Shown in pieces: positions 38,201 through 50,200 of a stretch of DNA of 64,000 bases. Location: the NCBI RefSeq assembly GCF_002113885.1, contig NW_018404492.1, positions 5,200,258-5,264,257 of the forward strand, read 5' to 3'. The position numbers and the translations under genes were made by a program. The DNA is from Mizuhopecten yessoensis. Lineage: Eukaryota. The number at the start of each line of letters is the position of its first letter. Within the stretch, counting starts at the first letter, position 1. The notes under the pieces are model-generated. The model saw nothing but the letters and a program-made list of their open reading frames with translations, did no database searches and was not told the origin of the DNA.

Positions 38201-41200
38201 GGCTTCTGCAGCTTACAGTGCTGCGGATCCTGTTTCCAGGCTGTAATGAAACCACAAAATGATTTCAGTTTATAATATCAAAGTTTTACTTTCTACACAA
38301 ACAATGTACATATTAAACGTGTCGCAACGTTTCAAGACAGACTGGTCCCTTTGTCAAGGTATGACTGAGTTGCGACACGTTTAATATGTACAATGTTTGT
38401 GTAGATAGTAAACAATTGATATCACATATTTCCAAAATGATGAATCTTATTGAAGAAAGATATTTCAATTTATAGAATTGTGAAAGATGTTCCTTTAGGT
38501 ATTCTTGTAAACATATGTTAGACATTCAACTGTTGTCGTGACCAAGCTGTATCTACCATTGTTTCAAGCTTTCCTTACAGATCATCCACAATACCACATG
38601 TACTCCTGGGAATATCAACCAATTTCTTTGAAAATTCATACTCATTACTGTATAAAGTACATGTTTTTATCTTATAAATAGTATTAATGTATAGATAGTC
38701 TACTGCACAAATGAAACTTGACATTAGATATGCCCCCTTCATATTGTACAGTTTTTTGCCAGCACTGGATGTCTATACATTCATTAATACGATAGCCCTC
38801 TACTATAGAGTAAAACCTGATGTTTAATCTGATACCTTGTGGGACTCAACGAGTTGCTTGGATGAGACAGAGTGCCAGAGGACTAGTTTTTTATTTGGAT
38901 TTCTGGCTTATAGCTATACATCAGTTAGGCAAGATGTCCCGATACTTTAAGTGTCAGATTACACAGTATGTCAGAATACTCTCTGAGGATGGACCAGACA
39001 GGTTTTGCTGTACATAACAATTAACTAAGTCTCCTAATATATAAATTGTGTCCCTGATGCTGAGAACATTTTATTTCAATTGATAATACTGTAGTAGAAA
39101 GATTCAAAATTTTCACAAAAATCATCAGTTTTCTAGTTTCAAAGTGTCCTTTAAGTCATCATTTTTTCCATGGCGGCACTTTGAACATCAAATAGACAAA
39201 TACAGCATAAACAAGTAGTGCCCATGAGTTTCCCAGATGAAGTATACATGTTTCCCAGATGAAGTATACATGCAGACTCAAACTAAAGACTGAATGGACT
39301 ATGGATAAACACTCATCAGTTGAAAAAAGGTGTCTTTATAATTTCAAAGCAATGAAGATAACTAGCTGGTAACTAAAAAGAAAATGCTTCTAAACACAAT
39401 AAATATTTGACATTGAAGAGCAGTGTTTAAATCAGTCTTTTTACTGGCAACTTACCGTCAATGACATCATTAAAGAAATAGCTGACTGGTTTGTTTTGAT
39501 AGATGAACTTTTGAAGATATTTCACCAAAATTCCATGTTCGTGGTCTTCATAAGCAAACATTCCCTCACTCCTTTTAACAGAAACACAGCATATTCTTTA
39601 TTACAATGAGGTTCATTCAATTTGCTTTGGTTTGGTTTGTTTGTGTTTTACGTCCTATTAACAGCTATGGTCATTTAAGGACATGCCAGGTTTTGGTGGT
39701 GGAGGAAAGCCAGAGTTCCCGGAGAAAAACCACCGACCTACGGCCAGTACCTGGCGACTGCCCCACGTAGGTCTCGAACTCGCCACCTAGTGGTGGAGGG
39801 CTAGTGGTAGCAGAATGTCAGTCGCCTTAACCACTTGGCCACCGCGGCCCCCACATTCAATTTGTAACTTTTCAGCTAACTTTGCTTACTTTGAACTAAC
39901 TTTTGACATTCGAGGTAACACAATATGTTACACTCTGTACATCTATGAAGATTCATGTCTCTTCATTGTCTTGGGTCATTTGTATCCTTTTCAGGTTCTT
40001 TTCTAGTTTTCTATTTTGGTCAGGTTATGAGGCAAAGCCATCTACAGTGTATGATTAATTTACTCCAGTTCAACTGAAGTTATCACCCAATAATCTGACC
40101 AAAAAAGAAAGATTTCCTTATATTTACAATATTTGTTTTGAATAGTTCATAACTATTTTATTCGTTATAGTCTGATCAGCCGACGCAAGAACAATTTTCA
40201 AAACCTATTAATATCTGAGCGGTTCAATGAAAATAACAGCCTGAAAATTTACATAGGTTTTGATTGACTCCACCCACATCTACTGTTGATGTCGTCCCAC
40301 AATTGTGTCTTGTTTTCAGAAAATTTTGGATAACCCCTCCCACATGAATTGTTGTCATTGTCATGGCGATTTGTCCTTTTCTATAGTCCGGTATGAAATG
40401 ATAACTCCAGTTTGCTTGAACAGTGGTTGTTGACTGAATGTCAGTGAAGAATGTAAATATAACTCCATATTGACCTAAAATTCATAACTGATAATTATGT
40501 TTTTATCTTAATCAATGGACGGAACTGAAAACCTCAAATAAAGATTGCTTCATGTCATCATGATTAAAAACCATATACCGGAGACTCTCACCCAGTCTGA
40601 TATTCGCCCTTTTCCAATGAACTCTACGTACGCCAGTGTTAATCTTGCCCTTTACATGTTACTCACCATATATGTAACTGCATGTTGTTTACTTAAACTT
40701 GTAGAAGGGCGAAAAAGACAAATGTTAAACTGTAGAAAAAATCCAGGTATATAGTAATTCATAAACATCTGAAGTATCTTTGACGTAATACTTTGAATGA
40801 CAGGTACGTACGTAGCATAGATCGATACACAGTTGCCTTTAGGGTCCGGCACACTGGGGCTCTCTCGTCCAGTGACACATCCAGTATTTGATGGAGGCTT
40901 GCTGGGGATTTTATTTCTGTAGCAGAAACAAATAGCATCTCATAACGGAGGTCCACATTTTATTGTTTACAGGGTTCCCACCAGAGTACATTTGTATCGA
41001 TAGTTTATTAAACATGAACCTATTATATTGTTGTTAATTCTGTATGAATGTGAAAAATTCTCCGACAATGATACTAACACATGTTTTAAGAAAGATACCT
41101 GGGTAAACAAAGGCTATAGATTTTCGACTTTGTCAATTATCTGCACACCTCTTAACCCATCCAATATAGTTATTGATTTACGCTATTGTTTCCAAGTCTA

Positions 41201-44200
41201 TTTTATCATTTTAAAACCTTATGGTAACCTATAGCTACCAAAACCTTATGAACTGATGGAGCAATTACATAACAAGACATGAGAAAGTACTAAAATCTAA
41301 GCATACAGAAATCACGAAATTACAAAATTTAACCACCCTTTTCTGTGCCAAATACACCAAAATATCTCAAAGTAGAGTATAAGCCTTGATGTGACGCAAA
41401 GTAAGATTTTGAAAAGCAACAAGAAAGTCTTACCTGATTCTACAGATATCTAGGATGAGTGTAACTAAGGCTGGGTCAGACTTCTGCATGGCCCTAAGGA
41501 CATCGTTTGATGAAATACAATCCTCTATTGTGTAGCCACTTCTTGCATCAGGAGGAACAAAGTAACACTGTCCGTTCTCCTCGAAGCCGTGACCGCAAAA
41601 ATAGAAAACGCCATACACACCTTTTCCAAGTAGATTACAATACTCATGAATTGCTGCATTCATTTCCTGTTTTGTCAAGTTTAACAATGAAACCACTTTG
41701 AATTCCAGACTTCTGAAAGCTTCAGCCATCTTTGCAACATCATGGATAGGAGCTTTCAGTGTTGTCTCGTTCATATAGTCATAATTTCCTATCAGCAATG
41801 CGACCTTGTCTGTGGCTGTAATACAATAACTATAAAAGGTCAGAAGGATTATAAGGTTAGTGAAATACATGTGTGCAGTTGAACCTCTAAAATAGCCGAG
41901 ACAATAAATAAACTTCTAAACTGACAAATATATTTTTCTTTTTCTTTCAAGAAATACTGAAATAAGTATCCAAGGGTGCAGCCAGAACCAAGGCTAATCC
42001 TGGTAGCATGACAGCGTTCATATCTTCATGCTCAGCATGGACATACATAACAGGGACTATAAAAGGTGTCCCGTGTGAGAACTGTCCAATCTCGCATGGA
42101 AAGGATCCCTCTGAGTTTTTCGAAAAAGAGTAGGCGAGTAGCGCTGACACAGAGGATAGGGTTAGATTTGTTTTCGGCTGAAAGAACTAGGTTCTCTTTA
42201 TTAGACATTTAGAAGGACTCCAAAACATATATACCAAACCAAACAATAGAATAGGTAGGAACTGGTGTTGCTGGCGGCGGCTCAGTACCTCACATCCTGT
42301 CCAGACTTGGTGATGCTATACGAAGAGTGTTAGGTTAAGGCAAATATTAGGCCTAGGAGCCAGCTTACAATAATTAGACTTATACAGTAAATACATACAG
42401 GATAGACGGCTCCTTATCTAACCTGTCTCCCTCTTCTATCCCTTCACTCCATACTTTATCCCTTCTATTCATTTTCCTGTCTTTTCTTTTTGTCTGCTGG
42501 ATATAACCAAACTACTCGGTAGTGAAGCAGACGTAAAACCTATCAATCAATCAATCAATCAATCAATGGATATACAAGGTAAAAGAGTAGATTGTGTCCT
42601 AACTCAGCTGGGTAACAGGACTATATAGACAAATGGTCAGCTGAAAATTGGACCCCACAGTGCTACACATTGTAACAATCCTTACCTATGAAATGTGAAT
42701 GGTTGAGGCTGTTGTATCATACATTACACTTCAGTAGTCTGACCAGCTAATACAATACACTGTTACAATATACATAGATTTGTACTCTGATTGGCTGAGG
42801 ATGTTGGGATATAAATACTCTGATTGGCTGAGGATGTTGGGATATAAATACTCTGATTGGCTGATGGTGTTGCAATATTCATATCTTTGTTCTCTGATTG
42901 GTTAAGAGTGTTACATTATACATACCTCTGTTCTCTAATTGGTAAAGAGTGTCCTCTGTACTCTGATTGGTTAAGAATGTAACATTATAATGTACATACC
43001 TCTGTACTCTGATTGGTTAAGAGTGTTAAATTATACATTCCACTGTACTCTGATTGGTTAAGAATGTAACATTATACATACCTCTGTACTCTGATTGGTT
43101 AAGAGTGTTAAATTATACATTCCACTTTACTCCGATTGGTTAAGACCGATACAATATACATAACTCTGTACTCTGATTGGTTAAGACCGATACATTATAC
43201 ATACCTCTGTACTCTGACTTGCTGTGGTTGGGAGGAGACTTGATAGACAGACAGGCAGGATGAGAGAGGACGGATTCTTTGGTGTTCGGGCACGTTACAA
43301 CACATTGGTAGGTCCCCTGCATGTTATGGTCCTGAAGGTTGAACATCTTTAGATCTTTCTCTTCACAACCTGCACACATAAATGTGGGGTTACGGTCAAC
43401 CATGGTAAGTTTCCAATAATTGTGAATGCTTGCTATTATCTATTGATACTTTGACTGGTTGTATGAAATCAAAGTGTCCAGACTAACATTATTTTACAGC
43501 ATCCTAATTTAAATGCCAAGGAATTGAAGGGAAGGTAATATTTTTTATAATTCCTTTTTTTAAGAGGGGACAATATTAAAAAAGAACTCTAGTTTGCACA
43601 TCTCTTCTGTAACAGGGAAGGAAAAACGCGCAGCCAGACCGGGGTTCAAACCTGGGACCCTCAAAACTCTAAACGACGCTCTACCAATTGAGCTACCTGG
43701 TCGTCGACAATCGACACAGTCCAGTTCAGCTACATTTTCAATTTGACATCTTGTATAATTTACAGAGCTTACAGTAATACACCTGATTATTCATTTTCCT
43801 CATTTAAAAAGTAATCTAAAGTAGAATGTTAAAAAGTAAAACATGGTTTTACCATCCTTTTGTAAAAAATATTAAAAAAATAAATGTATATATATACAAA
43901 CTGAGCAATAAATAATATTTTTTTAAAGTTAAAGAAAAGTGACATAATTGATCTTGACCATTAGCTTGTACCTTCAATCACAGTTTAGTTTAAACATATG
44001 TTATTGCCAAGCAAATGGATTGGGCACAAGTTATTCCATTTGCTTGACAATAAAATATGTTTAAACTAAACTGTTCAATCACAGCAAAGTCAAGACCCTT
44101 TCCTTCATCTTTGTGTGTGTGTAAAGCATGCATTCATACACACTTGAAGACTGTTTAAAAGTTCTATGAACATTAATTTGTAAAATGTGAGTGTGTGTCT

Positions 44201-47200
44201 TTAAACACTTGAAGATTTAATAAAGCCCCACCTTTATCTATTTGTGTATATATAATCATAACGTAGGAAGTGTGTTAAAATTCTATCTTTCTGGAATCTT
44301 TAATTTTCCAAAATTTTAGCAAATTCAATATTGTCAAAAAACGCAGATTGTGGCGAAAAAAATGGAGCTAAAAGTGATAAATATTTAAAGACAGAAAAAA
44401 ATATCCACAACTGAAAACAAAACACTTTGACTTACTCGAAACTATGTTTACAAGACAAAATATAATTTAGCTAAGTTATACCTATAGTTTGATGATCTTT
44501 GTACCACTTGTAGGTCAGAGGATATTTGCACCTGGCCTCAACTGAAAATAGACAACTTCCTCCCACTTCAACAGTGCACGTCTTCGGGTTGAGTATGATG
44601 TCAATTCCTACAAACGTGATAACAAAACCGGCATTAATCTTTATATATGTATAGGTCATTTTAAAATATATTACAACAGAAATTGAAATCTGTTACATTC
44701 TATGAAATATCATTCAATGATATGTCGTATTTCTGTGGTTGTAGAAACACTTGGAAATAAAACTGGCCTGACAAATAAGGTACATGTAAATGTTTAATGA
44801 ATCTAAATGAACGGTTGCCTGTTATTTTGATAGGATTTATTGAATAACATTAAAATAAATTATAGGGAACAAAGTAAGTGTTGAAAACAAAATCTTACCT
44901 TCAGATCGGTAATCTACAAGAAGAAAAGAAAGTTAAAGACCCATTATTAAAGTAAAACAATGTTTCTAAATTACCCATCTATTTATAGCACTGAACAATG
45001 CAGAGGAGGTTAAATCGAAGATTAAAATATTTTAACAACATCTAAAGCATTAAAAAAATGTTGTTTTGACAGGATTTACTTAATAATCAACATTGATCAT
45101 TACCAATATATATTTTAGTGAACAAAATAAATATTTGAACCATATTTCTAGATTACACATTCATCAATAGCACAGAAATTGCAGATGATATTAAATAGAA
45201 GGTAAAATAGTTCTTCAAAATCTAAAAAGTCTTCAGTATCAACCCTGCTGAGATAATTGTTAAGCAATGATATTTTCTAAAGTTTAATTAAACTAAATCA
45301 AAAAGTACAGTTCATGCAGCTTTAATGTTGAATGTGGCTATCTGAAGGATAACGAAGCCAATTCACTGCAACTAAATAAAGGAGATTGAGAAGACTTTCA
45401 ATTTGTGACTAAAAAAAGGTAACGCTCTTTTTTTTCTAAATTTTCTTTTCTAAATATTAGAAATGATATAATACACAGTTCCTATTCATAAATAATCTAA
45501 ACAGATGACAACCAAATATTTTTATGTTACGAATGAACACTCGGCCAACTGTCTCATTTAGCAACTTCTTGGTTCGCCTTAATAGTCGCGCGTCCCTTAC
45601 CTCGAACAACAGCTTCTGGGTTCACATTAAGAGTCACTTCTCTGCTGTGAGTTTTCCCAAACTGGTTCTTTATCACACAGGTATATGTTCCCTGGTGCTT
45701 AATGCTGACATCAGGAATCTAAGATGAAAAAGCAGAAAAAAAACATAATTGCGGTATAATACCTCTAAAATTGTGAATCTTCTACACCTAATACAAATGA
45801 AAGCATACTTAAAAAAAGATACCTCAACAATCATAATTACCCTAAAACAAAAGCGTTGTCACTACCAGGTAACAAGAGGCCCAAGAGGGCCTGTATCGCT
45901 CACCTGAATATTTAAGCAGTCATAGCAAAATATTCTCATTAAATATTATATTGCACTAAAAATATTTCCCTCGCAAACTTTGTTGGCTCCATCTGTTGAA
46001 ACTACCAGCAAAATATTATTATAAGATTCTATGCTTTTTGATTCTTCTTCAGAAGTTGCTTGACATATTTTTCCCTGTGATCTTGTAAGTAGGTCAATGT
46101 CATTTTCCTACTCCAATTGGTTAGCTTTATTCCAAAAAGCTACCAGCTAAATCTTATGAATCCATTCCTTTTAGTTCTCAAGAACAATTCCATTAAAATG
46201 TTGTTGACCTCTGTGACCTCTAAAGTAGGTTGAGATCATTTTCATTTGCAAACTTTGGTGAGCTCTATTCCGCGAAGTCACCAGCCAAATATTATAATTT
46301 TATGCCTTTTAATTTTTCAGAAGAAGCTGTTTGAACTGTTTGACATATTTGAACGCTGTGACCTTGAAAGTAGGTCAAGGTCATTTTCATTCGCAAACTT
46401 TGTTTGGCTCTTTCCCAGGAAGCCACCTGCCAAATATTAAGATTTTATAACTACCAGTTCTTCAGAAGAAGTCGTTTAAAGTGTTTGACATNNNNNNNNN
46501 NNNNNNNNNNNNNNNNNNNNNNNNNNNNNNNNNNNNNNNNNNNNNNNNNNNNNNNNNNNNNNNNNNNNNNNNNNNNNNNNNNNNNNNNNNNNNNNNNNNN
46601 NNNNNNNNNNNNNNNNNNNNNNNNNNNNNNNNNNNNNNNNNNNNNNNNNNNNNNNNNNNNNNNNNNNNNNNNNNNNNNNNNNNNNNNNNNNNNNNNNNNN
46701 NNNNNNNNNNNNNNNNNNNNNNNNNNNNNNNNNNNNNNNNNNNNNNNNNNNNNNNNNNNNNNNNNNNNNNNNNNNNNNNNNNNNNNNNNNNNNNNNNNNN
46801 NNNNNCAGCCAAATATGAAGATTCTATACCTTTTAGTTCTTCAGAAGAAGTCGTTTGAAGTTTTTGACATATTTGACCCCGTGACCTTGAAAACAGGTCA
46901 AGGTCATTTTCGTTCTCAAACTTTGTAGGGCTCCTACCAACGAAGCTTTCAGCCAAATATCATGACTCTAGGCCTGTCCGTTCTTCAGAAGAAGTTGTTT
47001 CAAGGAAAAGTTGACGGACGACGGACGGACGACGGACGCCGCGCCACGGCATAAGCTCACTTGGCACTTCGTGCCAGGTGAGCTAATAACGCTGTTAGAT
47101 TCCAGTACAGCAGGGGGGTGTAGTACATGTAATACAGTAAAAACCTTGTTATACTGTCACCTTTCGTCCAGAGAAATGTTGGCGCCATAAAGGTGTTTGG

Positions 47201-50200
47201 CAATAAATTGAGGAAAATTAAAAAGGAACTTGAGGCCATCATGGTAAATATGTAAGTAACAGCTGATTTGCGTCCATACCATCATGAAATTGAAAAGCAT
47301 TCTGTTCAATCCTTATTTCAAAGTCGTATCATTGATTGTTTGGGTTTTATGTCCTTGTTCCGGTTATTACCAAGCCTATATATGTATAGGACAAAGAATC
47401 TAGACCTAGGACTCAATGTAAAATTTATCACTTTTCATTTGTACACGTCAGTGTTAAGCTCTAACCACTTCCAAGCTACTTCCCTGGCCAGTTGTCTGTC
47501 AGATATGACTGGCTAGCCCTGGGGACTCGGACTAGTCCCCTCACAGTCTATACAAATTGACATACATGGAGGCAGAATTGAGGCAGAATATACCTTTAAC
47601 TTACAAAAGTCTTACCATTAATTTTCCTGCCTCCTTATTACTATCGATCACCTTGCCATTTCTCAGCCATTCATACATTAGAGGTTTGTGACCTATTCCC
47701 ACACAGGTGAGTTCTGCTCTGTCCCTCAGATGTACACACAAATCCTCCGGCTCAGTCAAAACTTGAGGCAACACCGCTGTACAATAAAGGGGGAACAAAT
47801 TATGTAACTCGTCAAGTGCTCATGTCTACAAACATATACCACAAAAGCCAATACACAACGATAAATTAGAAATTATACAAATTGACACCATTATATATGC
47901 TTGGTCTCCAATGGAAAGAATGTGTCAAATCACAAGTTGTTTGGCATACAAGAATATGCTACATTTCTTGTAGTCTAAGATAATTGCAACAACATCTAGT
48001 GCATAATTCAATATCTATGAATTTTCAAATTAAGAACAATAGTTTGACGAATTCTAAAAAAAAGTAGCGGTTCAAGTGTACAGTATTGAACAACATACGT
48101 TTTCTAGGCTCACTGTTGTCACCACCAACTTCTGAAGGCATGGACATTTCAGTAGGTGATGTGGCTCTGTAGTACACTTTGACTGAGGAAATCTGTGTAA
48201 ACTTGCAGAAATCACTACCCCCTCCATTGGACAGACGGCAACAGTATGTACCACTGTCATCAAAACTGTCAACAAAAAACTACAAATGTCAAATTCAGCT
48301 TTACCCTTATCATTAACTCATTCACCCCTGAAATTTCATCATGGACTATACCAATCTTTTGAATTGGAAGAGTTCAAATGTGTCTTCAGGTGTGAATGAG
48401 TTAAAATATGTGGTTCTGCTGTAAAAGTCTTCTAATCCCAGTTATTCCCCTTATCTATGAAGTCTGTTGTCCAAGTTAATGCAATGGTTTTCCATCCCAG
48501 TTATACCCCTTTTCTATAAAGTCTGTTGTCCAAGTTAATGCAATGGTTTTCCATCCCAGTTATTCCCCTTACCTATAGTCAGTTGTCCAAGTTTATGTGA
48601 TGGTTTTCCATCCCGGTTATTCACCTTATCTATAAAGGCAGTTGTCTAAGTTAATGTAAAGGTTTTACATCCCAATTATTCCCCTTTTCTATGAATTGTA
48701 TATAATCACATTACTTTCAGAATAGCTTCCATTAATTGTTATAACTTTTCCAACATGCTGTAAACAGATTATATCTTGATAATTTTATTTATAAATGTTG
48801 AGTACATATATTTCTGTCACTTTCTAATTTATTTTACAGCAAATAACTTCTATCTACAGTTAAAGAGCAGTGAAATCATGTATTTGCACTAATTATATGA
48901 AATAGGCCATATTGTGAATGCCTTGGAAGAAAGAAGGTCCCTCCAAACTTGTTAAATTATTTTTTACATGTACCAATTGAAAACAAACCATGTTCTGTTA
49001 ATTTTGAATGTAGAATCCTTAGCCCCTTCAATCTCGTCATAGTCGTTGCCGTTGAGTTTGAACCACTGGTAGCGAGGGTATGGAAACCCAACCGCCTCCA
49101 CATGCAGCTCTAGTTTGTCTCCCTCATGCAGCTGTTTTGTGTCTGCGGGATGGCGAACGATTTGAATCTCCTCTGAACAACACAGAACAAAGTTATGATA
49201 AATGATGAATATTGTATAGTGCCTTAGTTGCACAAGGCCCAATAGTGGTGGTGCTACACACCTACTGGTAACCTAAATGGTCATTTCTTTGGGCACTCGG
49301 ATCCATATTCCTCCAACATTTAAACCTTCCATCTGCTAACATTGAGGCCAACAAGAATGATTAATATAATCTGAAACAAGGCATCACAAGTGATACAAAT
49401 CCCCTTGCATTCACACACTGTAACATATGTAAAAGGAAATGAAGTCACTAGAGGGATGACAATTTTTTTTCTTTTCTAAAAATAGTAAAAGTGACCTTGA
49501 CCTTTAATGCAGTTACCTAAAATGGGAACTTGTTCAAGATATTGCCATACCAAACACTTGTATCAAGTTTCATGAAATGCTGTTGATCGAGGAATGAAGT
49601 CGTTATAGCGATGACAAAGTTTTTCTAAAAATAGTAACAGTGACCTTGACCTTCAACAAAGAAACCTGAAACACGAACTTGTTCAAGGTATTGTCATACC
49701 AAACACTTGTATTAAGTTTCATGAAATTTTCGTTAAGGAATAAAGTCGTTAGATCGATGACAAAGTTTTTCTAAAACTAGTTACAGTGACCTTGACCTTC
49801 AACGTAGAAAACCAAAACGCGAATTTGTTTAAGATATTGCTATACCAAACACTTGTGTCAAGCTTCATGAAATTCTGGTAAGAAATGAAGTCGTTAGAGC
49901 GATGACAAAGAGTGTAACATACATACATACATGTGTACGTACTTACACATGTACGTGTACTTACCGAGTCCTATAACCCCCTCAAACTTTCATTGCGAGG
50001 GGATAACAACTTTTTCCATACTGCTGTAAAATTAATAAAGTTTATATTTTCAACCAAATTTTCTGCATTATTTACCTTTTCTCATGCCTTAACTTTATAA
50101 TGCTTTTGGTGGTAAATTGGTTTAGATATTAGCAATCAACTTTCATCACGACAGTCAGGGTTCAATTCAGGGATCAGGCATGAAAGGTATGCGGTAACCT

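Noticed and set aside
38835-39010. Possible extra MALT1 exon (AG and GT sites present)
   Set aside because: All three frames from the candidate acceptors contain stops, and the flanking exons 39456 and 38240 already join in phase with continuous homology.
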